A stretch of DNA of 64,000 nt from Candidatus Calescibacterium sp. (GTDB lineage Bacteria; Calescibacteriota; Calescibacteriia; Calescibacteriales; Calescibacteriaceae). This document shows, one piece after another, positions 10,735-20,984 of this stretch. Position numbers and translations under genes: made by a program. The notes beneath the pieces are model-generated. The model was not told the origin of the DNA. It did no database searches and saw only the letters and a program-made list of their open reading frames with translations. Location: positions 62,760-126,759 of the forward strand of contig JAVVGL010000004.1 in the NCBI GenBank assembly GCA_032249135.1, in the 5' to 3' direction. Position 1 is the stretch's first letter, and each line of letters begins with the position of its first letter.

Positions 10735-12057
10735 TTGATGCAAATACCAAATTTAGGGAAGACTTTTAGGGGAAAAATTAGGGTCAAAGGAGATAAATCA
10801 ATATCTCACAGAGTTCTTATTCTCTCCGGTTTATCAGAAGGTATTACGAAAATATATAATTTGAGCTCCGCTGATGATGTAAAAAGAACTGCAAATATCC
10901 TCTCAGAGCTCGGAGTCAAAATAAAAGAGAAAGATGGTCAAAATTATGTTAATGTTGAAGGCAAGGGGTTATACCTCAATTTTCCTCAATCTGTATTATA
11001 TGCTGGTAATTCTGGAACAACGGCGAGAATTTTTTCAGCTATTTTATCTGCTCAGAAATTTCCTTCTGTTTTAGATGGTGATGAAAGTTTGAGAAAAAGA
11101 CCTATGAAAAGAGTTGTGGAACCTCTCAGGAAACTTGGGGCAAAAATATGGGGGAAAAATAATGGTGATAACTTGCCTTTGATTTTTGATGGCGCTGGAA
11201 AATTTAGGGGTGGGAAAAATTTTCTTTTATCTGTTCCAAGTGCTCAGGTTAAAACAGCTCTTTTAATTGCTAACTTTTGGAGCGATGAGCCTATAAAGGT
11301 AAAAGAACCTTCATCTTCACGAGATCATACAGAAAGAATTCTACCAATTTTTTCTGTTGATGTGAAAAAAGATGAAGATGGATTTATTTTTTGCGAAGGC
11401 AAACCCATATCTCCCGGATTTTTTAATGTCCCTGGAGATATTTCTTCTGCCTCTTTTCTTTTGGCTCTCGGAATTTTGGGTAAAAATTCTGAGGTTGAAG
11501 TCTATGATGTTTTGTTAAATCCTACAAGAATAGGATTTATTCAAGCTCTAAAATCTATGGGAGGTGATATTGAGTTTTGGGTTGAAAGAGAGGAGGGAGG
11601 GGAGCCAGTTGGTAAAGTTGTTGCAAAATCATCTTTTTTGAAGGCCCAAGAGTTCAAGGGAGAAATAATTCCGCTTATGATAGACGAAATTCCTATTCTT
11701 TCTTTTATCGCTATTTTCTCTGAGGGAGTTTTTTGTGTAAGAGATGCAAAAGAGCTCAGGGTGAAAGAAACAGATAGAATTCATGCGATATGTCATAATT
11801 TGAGGGCTTTGGGAATTGATGTTGAAGAATATGAGGATGGTTTTTCATTTGAAGGTCTTGGCAAAGATGCTGAAAAAAAATTGAAGAATGACTATTATCT
11901 CAAATCATTTGGGGACCACAGAATAGCTATGTCTATTTTTGTTTTAGGATGTGTTATTGAAGGTAGGATTTTCGTTGATGATGATATAAAATCGGTTGTT
12001 TCTGTTTCATATCCTGAATTTTTCTCAGATGTCCAAAAACTTTTGGTTAAATTGTAA
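10735..12057 (+). CDS. aroA: 3-phosphoshikimate 1-carboxyvinyltransferase (class II EPSP synthase)
   Basis: GDKSISHR, GNSGTT, SAQVK, RDHTE, ELRVKETDRI and DHRIAM motifs. Confidence 0.96.
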   Translation: MMQIPNLGKTFRGKIRVKGDKSISHRVLILSGLSEGITKIYNLSSADDVKRTANILSELGVKIKEKDGQNYVNVEGKGLYLNFPQSVLYAGNSGTTARIFSAILSAQKFPSVLDGDESLRKRPMKRVVEPLRKLGAKIWGKNNGDNLPLIFDGAGKFRGGKNFLLSVPSAQVKTALLIANFWSDEPIKVKEPSSSRDHTERILPIFSVDVKKDEDGFIFCEGKPISPGFFNVPGDISSASFLLALGILGKNSEVEVYDVLLNPTRIGFIQALKSMGGDIEFWVEREEGGEPVGKVVAKSSFLKAQEFKGEIIPLMIDEIPILSFIAIFSEGVFCVRDAKELRVKETDRIHAICHNLRALGIDVEEYEDGFSFEGLGKDAEKKLKNDYYLKSFGDHRIAMSIFVLGCVIEGRIFVDDDIKSVVSVSYPEFFSDVQKLLVKL

Positions 12058-12067
12058 ATCTTTCAGG

Positions 12068-13963
12068 TCAAATAAGTCTTCTTGAATCTATTCCTCCATC
12101 TTCAAGGAACTTTAATATTGAATATATATCTACTACAAGGATTGGTTCCCCATCAGCTGATATTGTTGCTCCTGCGATACCTGTTGCTTTTTTTATCCCA
12201 CTTATTGTTTTTACTGCTACCTCCTCCGATGATATTACTGAGTCCACAAGAATTCCTAATTTTTTTTCCGCTACTCCTACTACTATGAGGTGATACATAT
12301 CAAGATTGTTTGAACCTATACCAAGAACTTTTCCTAAATATACGGCAGGGAGCAGATATTCTCTCCAATTTATAACAGGTTGCCCGCTTGCATACTTTAT
12401 TTCGTTTTTTGATATTCTGCTTATTTCTATTACAGATGAAAGTGGGATGAAAAATTGGTTCCCATTGCAAGATACTTTTAGAGTATTCATGATTCCAACT
12501 GTTAGAGGTAGTTTCATAGTTATTTTTGTTCCTAAACCGACTTCTGTTTCTATGTCAAGAGTTCCTTTCAGCTGAACTACTTTTGCTTTTACAACATCCA
12601 TACCAACACCTCTTCCTGATACTTCCGTTGCGACATCTTTTGACGAAAATCCCGGAAGGAAAATGAGGTTTATAATTTCTTTTTCTGACATTGAATTTGC
12701 CTGCTCTTCTGTTATGAAGCCTTTTTCTATTGCTTTTTTTCTTATGATTTCTGGATCTATTCCTCTACCATCGTCTTGAACTTCTATGACTACATTTTCC
12801 CCCTCATAATACGCTCTGAGAATTATTTTCCCTTCCGGCGGTTTCCCAAGAGCTATTCTTTCTTCTGGTTTTTCTATGCCGTGGTCTATTGCGTTTCTTA
12901 TGAGGTGAATTAGAGGTTCTTCTATTTCATCTACGATGTTTCTATCAAGTTCTGTTTCCTCTCCTTCTGTTATGAGTTCAACTTTTTTCCCAAACTGTTT
13001 TGCGATGTTCCTGACTGTTCCAGGAAACTTAGCAAATATTGTTTTTATGGGTATCATTCTCATCTTCATTACTGAAAACCTGAGCATAGAGATTATTTTA
13101 TCTATATTAGCTACAATCTCAGATGCTCTTATTACATCTTCATCTTTTGGATATTTTTCTTCTATTTTTGGAAAGATATTGAGTAGAAAATTTCTCTCTA
13201 ATATTAGTTCTTCCGACAAAGCCATAACATCGTCTACTTTTTTTGTGGATATTCTTATTGTCTCATAAGCGAATTTTTTTCTTCTCTTCTCTTCTTCTTT
13301 TTTCTCCTCATCTTCTTTTATTTCTTTTTCTTCTTTCATTTTTGCTGCTGCTATTATATCTTCTCTTATTATACCTTCTTTTGTTTCTGCGTATTTTGTT
13401 CTGACCTGCTCAATTTGTATTTCCTTCAATTTTTCTTGCTTTTTTTCTTCTTTCTCTAATTTTCTATCCTCCCTTCCCGCTACTCCCTCCTTTTCTCTTA
13501 TTTCCTCTTTTTTTTCTTCTGTTTGAGGTATAATTTCTCCCTGGAGTTTTTCTAATATTTTCTGGATTTTCTTTATCTCAGTATCTATTTCAATATCTCC
13601 TTCTTCTCCAGTGAGAGCTATGTTATCTGTGAGAATTTTGAGTTTTTCAAGTGCATCAAATAGTACATTAATTATGTCTTCCGTGACCGGGATTTTTTCA
13701 TCTCTTATCTTTGCTATTAAGTTTTCTGTTTTGTGCGAAAGTTCAACGGTTTTATTTAAACCTAAAAACCCAGCTGCACCTTTTACTGTGTGCCAATCTC
13801 TGAAAAGTTCTCTTACAAGTTCAGCCTCATCCCCCTCTTTCTTTTCTATCGCAAAAAGTTTTCTTTCTATTTCCGGAATTCTTTCTTTCGTTTCTGCTAT
13901 ATATTGAGAAATATACTCTTTCAGAGATTCTTCCCACCCCTCAAATTTTTCCTCTTCTCCCAT
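12068..13963 (-). CDS. cheA: Chemotaxis histidine kinase CheA (no evident P2 domain)
   Basis: HPt FRDWHTVKGAAG; HLIRNAIDHG; DDGRG; SGRGVGMDVV; C-terminal CheW-like domain. Confidence 0.95.
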   Translation of the reverse strand: MGEEEKFEGWEESLKEYISQYIAETKERIPEIERKLFAIEKKEGDEAELVRELFRDWHTVKGAAGFLGLNKTVELSHKTENLIAKIRDEKIPVTEDIINVLFDALEKLKILTDNIALTGEEGDIEIDTEIKKIQKILEKLQGEIIPQTEEKKEEIREKEGVAGREDRKLEKEEKKQEKLKEIQIEQVRTKYAETKEGIIREDIIAAAKMKEEKEIKEDEEKKEEEKRRKKFAYETIRISTKKVDDVMALSEELILERNFLLNIFPKIEEKYPKDEDVIRASEIVANIDKIISMLRFSVMKMRMIPIKTIFAKFPGTVRNIAKQFGKKVELITEGEETELDRNIVDEIEEPLIHLIRNAIDHGIEKPEERIALGKPPEGKIILRAYYEGENVVIEVQDDGRGIDPEIIRKKAIEKGFITEEQANSMSEKEIINLIFLPGFSSKDVATEVSGRGVGMDVVKAKVVQLKGTLDIETEVGLGTKITMKLPLTVGIMNTLKVSCNGNQFFIPLSSVIEISRISKNEIKYASGQPVINWREYLLPAVYLGKVLGIGSNNLDMYHLIVVGVAEKKLGILVDSVISSEEVAVKTISGIKKATGIAGATISADGEPILVVDIYSILKFLEDGGIDSRRLI

Positions 13964-14043
13964 ATATAAAAATTTTAATATAATTTCTTTCGGATGACAA
14001 ACTTTTTTACTCAGTTTGGAAATGATTTTATTTTTGACTGCAA

Positions 14044-14325
14044 TTACTCACGCTTCCCGCCAGCGATTGCCGGAATGATAGATATTTCATCTCCATTTTT
14101 GAGGTCAGTATCAAGTCCTTTGAGAAATCTTATATCTTCATTATTCAAATAAATGTTTATAAACCTTCTCACCTCTCCATTTTCATCAAGGATTCTTGCC
14201 TTTATTTCTGGGTTTATCTGTCCGAGTTTTTCAATTACTTCCCTTATTGTTTTTGCTTCAACTTCTAACTCGCCTTTTCCACCTACAAGTTTTCTTAGGG
14301 GACCTGGTATTTTTACTTTGACCAT
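14044..14325 (-). CDS. MoaD/ThiS/CysO-family ubiquitin-like sulfur carrier
   Basis: VKIPGPLR, RRFINIYLNNEDIR and IIPAIAGG, followed by a KRE tail. Confidence 0.88.
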   Translation of the reverse strand: MVKVKIPGPLRKLVGGKGELEVEAKTIREVIEKLGQINPEIKARILDENGEVRRFINIYLNNEDIRFLKGLDTDLKNGDEISIIPAIAGGKRE

Positions 14326-14396
14326 CTCTTTAACCCTCCTATCTACAAAAACTTTATTTTTAAATTCTATTTTTTTATTTTGTTTTTTTCAAATTT

Positions 14397-15575
14397 TTAT
14401 ATTTGTTGGTATCCAAAAATTTTCCTTATGAATTCTTTTCCTCTTGATATTTCTAACATTCTTATTAATGGTATCCTTGCTTTTTCTATTATTTCTTCTG
14501 GAACTTCTATTTTGTATTTTAGTTCTTTTAGGGACTCCAAAACATCTTGGATTCTTATTGATTTCATATTTACACAAGTTTTCGGACTGCCTACTGAAAG
14601 TATTTGTTTATCTGGGTTTTCTCTTCTTATTCTTTCTACAAGTCCTTCTTCTGTTGCGAAAGCTATTTTTTTGTGAGGTGATTCTCTTGCGAATCTTACC
14701 ATACCACCTGTTGAGAAAACTTCATCTGCAAGGTCTATAACTTCTGGAGAGCATTCCGGATGAACAACCACAACTGCATCAGGATGTTTTTCCCTCAATC
14801 TTATTATGTCTTCGGGTTTGAACCTGTGATGAACATTACACCAACCATCCCAAGGTATTATTTTTTGGTTTGTAAATCTTTGTATATATAATCCGAGGTT
14901 TCTGTCTGGTATAAAAAGAACCTCTGGAGCATTTAAAGATTTTACTATTGAGACCGCATTTGCTGATGTGCAGCATATATCGCTTTCTGCTTTTACTTCT
15001 GCATCTGTGTTGATGTAGCATACAACGGGTCTTCCTGGGTACTTTTCTTTGAATTTTCTAAGAGCAGATATATTTATCATGTCTGCCATAAAGCATCCTG
15101 CTTCAAGGCGGGGTAAAAGTACGGTTTTTTCTGGGGATACAACTTTTACACCTTCTGCCATAAAATGCACTCCACAAAATACTATAAGTTTATGGGGACT
15201 TTCTGCTGCTTTTATTGCAAGTTCAAGGGAATCTCCGACAAAATCTGCTATTTCTTGAATTTCAGGGAGCATGTAGTTGTGAGCCAAAATTAAAGCTTCT
15301 TTTTCTTTTTTGAGCTTTATTATTTCTTCTTGAATCTCTTTTATGTTTAAATCTTTTTCTTGTTTCACCTTTATAAAAAGTGGTGAAAGTTTTTTCCATT
15401 TTTCTGCATATCCTTTTGACTTAAAGATCTCTCTTGCATATTCTACTCTTTCTTTTTCAAGCAAGGGTTTGTATTCATGAATTTGACTTTGGTCCTGTGT
15501 TTTACCGTTTACTTTTTCATAGTTTTCTTTCTCTTTGTTGTTAGTCCTATTATTTTTTTTAATTTCATCTTCCAT
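14397..15575 (-). CDS. nadA: Quinolinate synthase
   Basis: ILAHNY, GDSLEL, FCGVHFMAE, AGCFMAD, CCTSAN, CNVH, HPEC and CVNMK motifs; about 75-aa charged N-terminal extension. Confidence 0.95.
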   Translation of the reverse strand: MEDEIKKNNRTNNKEKENYEKVNGKTQDQSQIHEYKPLLEKERVEYAREIFKSKGYAEKWKKLSPLFIKVKQEKDLNIKEIQEEIIKLKKEKEALILAHNYMLPEIQEIADFVGDSLELAIKAAESPHKLIVFCGVHFMAEGVKVVSPEKTVLLPRLEAGCFMADMINISALRKFKEKYPGRPVVCYINTDAEVKAESDICCTSANAVSIVKSLNAPEVLFIPDRNLGLYIQRFTNQKIIPWDGWCNVHHRFKPEDIIRLREKHPDAVVVVHPECSPEVIDLADEVFSTGGMVRFARESPHKKIAFATEEGLVERIRRENPDKQILSVGSPKTCVNMKSIRIQDVLESLKELKYKIEVPEEIIEKARIPLIRMLEISRGKEFIRKIFGYQQI

Positions 15576-15627
15576 ATTCTTATAATTTATTACTTTTTTA
15601 TTTGATTTTTGCTTTTTTCTGCCAGTT

Positions 15628-16643
15628 CTACTTTCTCTCTAAAGACAAGAAATTTACGAGAAAAAACAGCAAGATTGAAAGAAAATTTGCCACTAAAAAT
15701 GTAGGAAATATTGTTTTACCATAGGAAATAAATCTTGCGATAAGGCTTGCTTCAAATAAAATAAATGCGATGTAATTAGGGATTTTGAGGAATTTTATAG
15801 TTGTCTTTAAGATAGATGGGAGTATCATTCTTGCATGAGCAAAGACCATGCTGAATACGAAACCCAAAAGCAAAGAATGAATTCTCAAATCGTAATTTAT
15901 GTTTGGTATTATAAAAGATAAACCATAAATTATGAGCCAGATGTAACCTGCCAATATACAATATGCTGTAAATCTGAAAGGTTCGGTTTTCCTCAGATTT
16001 ATTAGGGCTATATCGGTGATGATGAAAATACATGAAAGTCCAACTAATATTATGCCTTTTAATGGATAAAATTTTTGGAGGAAAGGTAGCAAAAGTATTG
16101 AGGAAAAAATCAGATATTTTGATATTTTACTTATTTTTTTGAAGTTTTTTATTAATTCATACCTTTCTCCTAAAATAGTGAAGATGAAAAACAAACTCCA
16201 AAAATCAATAGCAAGCAATCTGTTTTTTTCGTACAGCTCAAAACCGAGTATATAAAAAATAGCCGATAAACCTAAAATTAAAAACTCTTCTTTCTTGAAC
16301 CTCAAAAGGAAATACAAATATACTGCAAAGAGTATTAAACCACCTGAATAAAAAAATATCAGGGAGATTTTTGGATTGAGAATTATAAACGGAACTCCCA
16401 AAGCATTTACGAGTATGAGAAAGTTCAATTTTTCATTTCTCAGGCTAACTATTCTCTCTGCCGTTATAAGTGTCCCAAAAATCCTCCTATCATAAAATAC
16501 TGATGAAAAAAGGAAAGCTTATTTATAAATCCCAATTCTAATCCTCCTCCTCTTGCGATGCCTGAAAGGGAACCTATAATGAATGAAAGAAAACCAAAAA
16601 ACATGGAAACACGTACGAATATTTGCCAATTTATTTTTTGCAT
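15628..16643 (-). pseudogene. Multi-pass membrane protein (NnrS-like), split by a 1-nt frameshift
   Basis: ATG at 16643 reads MQKINW...HQYFMIGGF and then stops. Adding one base in the A5 run at 16477-16481 joins it to FGTLITAER... and the 15628..16428 ORF (HSLLLGFVFSMVFAHA). Confidence 0.7.
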
Positions 16644-16837
16644 AATTTTTATAGTAAAAAATTGATTTTGATTTATCTTTTGCCTTCTTTTTGCTGGTAA
16701 ATTATCTTATGACAGATTGTCTTGTGGTAGATTTATCATTTGCAGAAAAAATTTTTGAATTTTTGTTCAAATTCAAGCGAAGATTAATCTTATACAATTT
16801 GTTATTTGATGAATTCTGAGATGGAGGTAGATAAAAA

Positions 16838-17056
16838 ATGAGCGACAAAATAATTCCTGCTCCGATAACAGCGAATGTATGGAAGGTACTTGTAAGCGAG
16901 GGGTCGGAAGTTTCAGAGGGTGATACTATTGTAATTCTTGAATCCATGAAGATGGAAATTCCAGTTGAATCTCCTTACTCTGGGCGAATAAAAAAGCTTT
17001 ATGTGCAAGAAGGGGGATCAGTTGTAGAGGGGGAACCAATAGCTGAATTAGAATGA
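16838..17056 (+). CDS. Stand-alone biotin/lipoyl carrier protein
   Basis: 72 aa, ILESMKMEIPV biotinylation motif, GGAGG RBS. Confidence 0.9.
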   Translation: MSDKIIPAPITANVWKVLVSEGSEVSEGDTIVILESMKMEIPVESPYSGRIKKLYVQEGGSVVEGEPIAELE

Positions 17057-17092
17057 ATAAAAGTGAAAATAAAAAAGATTTCATAAATAAAG

Positions 17093-17947
17093 TTAAACGG
17101 ATTTTGACAGGAAGAAAGCTTTCAAAGTATTTCTCATAAGTTCTGCGACAGTTATTATTCCAACTCCACCGGGAACTGGTGTAATGATTGATGCTCTTTC
17201 CTTGGCTAAATCATATTCTACATCTCCAAAAACTTTTCCATTTACAACTCTTGTCCCTATATCTATAACTACTGCTCCAGGTTTTATCCAGTTCCCTTTT
17301 ATTATTCCAGGGACGCCAGCGGCGGATACAACTATATCTGCGGACCTTACTAATTCCTCTAAATTTTTTATATCTGTCGCTTTATGACAAACTGATACTG
17401 TTGCTCCCATATTCAGTAGCACTGCCGCACAGGGTTTTCCAACGAGGTCAGATGAACCGACAACAACCGCTCTCTTTCCAGAAACCTCTACACCGTATAT
17501 TTCAAGGATATCAATCATAGATTTGCATGCGCAGGGAATAAATCTTGCTGTGGTATGATCTTTCATAACTTTTCCTAAATTTTCAGAGGTGAGACAGTCA
17601 ACATCTTTTAAGGGAGATATCAGGTCAATTATTTCCTTCCTTATGTGAGGTGGTAATGGAAGTTGAATTATAAAGCCTGTGCAGTCAGATTTATTTAGCT
17701 CGTTAATTTTCAAGATAAGGTCCTGTTCTGTTATGTCTTGTGGTAGATAAATTTCCTCAATCTCTATTCCGCAAAATTGGGCATATTTTTTTTTGTTTCT
17801 TATGAAAAGCTCCATCTCATTATCTTTGCCTATTGCAACTATTGATAGTTTTATTTTGTATCCCATACTTTTAATCCTTGATACCTCATCCCTTACGCTA
17901 CTGAAGATTTCTTCCGCTATCTTCTTACCATCAACTTCACGAGCCAT
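17093..17947 (-). CDS. folD: Bifunctional methylenetetrahydrofolate dehydrogenase/cyclohydrolase
   Basis: IIQLPLP, KDVD, VGKP, GDV and TPVPGGVG motifs. Confidence 0.93.
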   Translation of the reverse strand: MAREVDGKKIAEEIFSSVRDEVSRIKSMGYKIKLSIVAIGKDNEMELFIRNKKKYAQFCGIEIEEIYLPQDITEQDLILKINELNKSDCTGFIIQLPLPPHIRKEIIDLISPLKDVDCLTSENLGKVMKDHTTARFIPCACKSMIDILEIYGVEVSGKRAVVVGSSDLVGKPCAAVLLNMGATVSVCHKATDIKNLEELVRSADIVVSAAGVPGIIKGNWIKPGAVVIDIGTRVVNGKVFGDVEYDLAKERASIITPVPGGVGIITVAELMRNTLKAFFLSKSV

Positions 17948-17974
17948 AGTGAAAAGCTGAAAGAAATTTTATAT

Positions 17975-19078
17975 ATGAGGAAAATTTTTCAGATTTTACT
18001 AAATTTTATGATTACCTACAGACAATTGAGGTTGATTAAGGTGGTGAAAAGAATTCCTACAAAAGACAAAGAGATAGAATGGGAAGAAGATATGGAGGAA
18101 AAAAGAGAAAAAATTCTAATTTCAATTGTAATTCCTGTATATAATGAGAAAGATAATATTGAAGAGCTCCACAAAGAAATATCGGATGTTATAGATAAAA
18201 TGGAAAATTTTGATTTTGAAATAATATATGTTGATGATGGCTCCAATGATGGTAGCTATGAGGTTCTAAAAAAAGTAGCCCTTTCAGACAGCAGAGTTAA
18301 AGTTATAAGGTTCAAAAAGAATTTTGGGCAAACAATAGCAATAAGGGCTGGATTTGACTTTGCAAAAGGAGTTATAATAATAACTATGGATTCAGATAGG
18401 CAAAATGATCCGAAAGATATACCCCGTCTTATAGAGAAGCTCATTAATGAAAATCTTGATATAGTTTCTGGTTGGAGAAAAGAAAGAAAAGATAAATTTG
18501 TAAGGGTTTTTTTCTCAAATATTGCTAATAAAATAATATCTATTATTTCGGGTGTGAAACTTCATGACTATGGGTGTACTCTTAAAGCATATAGGAAAGA
18601 GATTGTTAAAAATCTTGAACTTTTTGGTGATATGCATAGGTTTATTCCAGCTTTTGCATCTTTTTATGGTGCGAGGGTAGGGGAGTTAGTAGTAAATCAT
18701 AGACCAAGATTGAAAGGTAAATCAAAATATGGACTTATCTCTCGGGTTTTCAAGACAATTATAGACATGGTGTTTTTGAAGTTCTTTTTATCATTCCAGA
18801 CAAGACCTATGAGGTTTTTTGGATATATAGGAATTTCTGTTATCTCGGTTGGTGTGATAATTTCTTTTTTTGTACTGTATCAAAAATATTTTCTAGGTGT
18901 GTGGGTTCATAGGAACCCTCTTTTCATAATATCTATATTCTTTGTGATATCAGGACTGCATTTTATTATGACCGGAATTATAGCTGAAATATTAATAAGA
19001 GTTTATTTTTCATCAGATCAGGGGAGAAAACCGTACTTTATTCAAGAGATTTTAGAATCAGAGGAAGTGCAGAAATAA
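17975..19078 (+). CDS. Family 2 glycosyltransferase (ArnC/DPM-like polyprenol-phosphate glycosyltransferase); the start may be the ATG at 18092
   Basis: IPVYNE, VDDGS, NFGQ, MDSDRQNDP and HRFIP motifs; two C-terminal TM helices. Confidence 0.92.
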   Translation: MRKIFQILLNFMITYRQLRLIKVVKRIPTKDKEIEWEEDMEEKREKILISIVIPVYNEKDNIEELHKEISDVIDKMENFDFEIIYVDDGSNDGSYEVLKKVALSDSRVKVIRFKKNFGQTIAIRAGFDFAKGVIIITMDSDRQNDPKDIPRLIEKLINENLDIVSGWRKERKDKFVRVFFSNIANKIISIISGVKLHDYGCTLKAYRKEIVKNLELFGDMHRFIPAFASFYGARVGELVVNHRPRLKGKSKYGLISRVFKTIIDMVFLKFFLSFQTRPMRFFGYIGISVISVGVIISFFVLYQKYFLGVWVHRNPLFIISIFFVISGLHFIMTGIIAEILIRVYFSSDQGRKPYFIQEILESEEVQK

Positions 19079-19096
19079 CTTGATTAATAAATTCTT

Positions 19097-20908
19097 ATGA
19101 ACGATTTTTTGTTCAGGAGGAAATTTTTTATCAGAAGTTCCGATTTCATATTATCTTTATCATCTGCGATATTTGTGAATTCCTCTATATTATATTTTAT
19201 GATAGTTCATAAGGAACCTGTTTATTTCCATTACGATGAAGTAATTTGGGTATCGCAATCTTTGTTTTGTGGTGGTAATTTCCCGTTTGATGAGCAAAAG
19301 TGGGGACTTGTTATTCCTTTACTATGTTTGATTTATCCTCTGAAGTATATTATTGAACCATACTATTTCTCTACTATTCGCATTTTTCTTGTTTTTTTAG
19401 ATATGTATTTGCTTTTGAAACTTTTGAACTTATTTTTTTCAAAGCGAATATCTCTTATAATTTTCTTCTTTCATTTCTCAAACATATTCTCTCTTTTAAG
19501 ACTTCTTTCCGGAAAAGTAGGAGACGAAACCTTTATTTCCAATTTATATGGAAATACATTGAGAGTTTTTAATCCTTCTTTTTTTCTTATATTTTTTCTT
19601 TTGTTTCTCATTTATTTTATGAGGTTCCTTGATTTGGAGGAAAAGCAGGAAAAAATAGGGAGGAAAGATATTATATTTGCCGGAATTTTTTTAGGATTAT
19701 CTTTTTATTCTTTAACTTTTTGGTGGATATATCTCGTTTCATCTACTATTTTTCTTTTCTTTGTACTTCTTTTGTTTAGGAAAGGTTCGCTTAAAGATGT
19801 CTTCAAAGTTCTCGTTGTAGGAGTTATTTTGGGGTTACCGGCTCTGATTTTCAATTTATATCAGAAAAGCTTAGTCGGAGAATCTATTATGAGGTCTGCC
19901 TTCTTTATAAAAATTCATCAGGATATTTCGCTTGTAGATTTTCTCCTAAAAGAGATACCAAAAGAATACACTTTCCTTTTCATCTTATCTCTTTTCTCTT
20001 TTGCTTTTTATTCAAATTTTTCAAAGAAGTATTTATTTATATTTTCTGGTTTTTTTTCTGGATTTCTTCTTTTCTTTTCAGAGTATATTCTGAAAATTTT
20101 CATGCAGGGAGCCATGCATTTTACTGTACCTTTTAAACTCTTTACAAAAATAGCCATAGGTTTGGCATTACAGAAATTTGAAGAATTGAGATCAAGAAGA
20201 TTTGTCTATTATCTTTTTAGCTTTGCTATAAATATCTTGTGTGTTTTTATGTTCGTTTTGTTCGTATTAAACTGGGCGCTTTTCTTTTTTAAGGTTAAAA
20301 AGTTTGAGGAGAACACAATAAAGATAAAACAATTCAAAGAAGTTGCTTTGTGGATAAAATATAATACACCGGAAAAATCAGTTGTAACGGTGGATGATTT
20401 TTACGGATTTTTTGTTCTATTTGATATGTTTCCTGCATCCTCTGAACTGATGTTACATATTTTGAGCAAAAGATTAATTTTGCATAGTAGTATCAATATC
20501 ATATCAGATTTGACTGATAATGAAGTTTTTGAGAGGTTTATAATAAGATCAAAGTTGCTTGGTCTCTCCGAAGATGAGTTTAAAGATTACATTTATAATA
20601 TTTCAAAGAGAGAGCATGTTTTCTGGGGTAGCTCTCCATATAGTACTTTTGTTTCAAAAGCTTATTTCGGAGAACCAAAAGATTTCAAATTTTCAAAATA
20701 TAAGAATATCTATGAAGCAATAGATGATTTTGTGAAGGTAGCTTTAAGATACTATCAAGATGAGAGATACTTTGAGGATTTGTTAAAAAAATATAAAGTT
20801 GATTATGTTGTAAGAAAGAAAGCTTATCAAGGGGAGTGGTATCTCAAAGAAAAATCAAAGATTGGAGAGTTCTATATATTCAGGGTGGCAGTTCAGAAAA
20901 AAAATTGA
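19097..20908 (+). CDS. Polytopic membrane protein, putative GT-C glycosyltransferase (paralog 1)
   Basis: Many hydrophobic segments, YFHYDE after TM1, soluble C-terminal domain ending KKYKVDYVV; lies directly after the GT2 gene. Confidence 0.55.
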   Translation: MNDFLFRRKFFIRSSDFILSLSSAIFVNSSILYFMIVHKEPVYFHYDEVIWVSQSLFCGGNFPFDEQKWGLVIPLLCLIYPLKYIIEPYYFSTIRIFLVFLDMYLLLKLLNLFFSKRISLIIFFFHFSNIFSLLRLLSGKVGDETFISNLYGNTLRVFNPSFFLIFFLLFLIYFMRFLDLEEKQEKIGRKDIIFAGIFLGLSFYSLTFWWIYLVSSTIFLFFVLLLFRKGSLKDVFKVLVVGVILGLPALIFNLYQKSLVGESIMRSAFFIKIHQDISLVDFLLKEIPKEYTFLFILSLFSFAFYSNFSKKYLFIFSGFFSGFLLFFSEYILKIFMQGAMHFTVPFKLFTKIAIGLALQKFEELRSRRFVYYLFSFAINILCVFMFVLFVLNWALFFFKVKKFEENTIKIKQFKEVALWIKYNTPEKSVVTVDDFYGFFVLFDMFPASSELMLHILSKRLILHSSINIISDLTDNEVFERFIIRSKLLGLSEDEFKDYIYNISKREHVFWGSSPYSTFVSKAYFGEPKDFKFSKYKNIYEAIDDFVKVALRYYQDERYFEDLLKKYKVDYVVRKKAYQGEWYLKEKSKIGEFYIFRVAVQKKN

Positions 20909-20984
20909 GGCTAATGAGATAGGGTTGAAATTTTGAGGATTTTATGAAAAAAGATTTTTTATTTATAACTTTTGAAACATTTTA

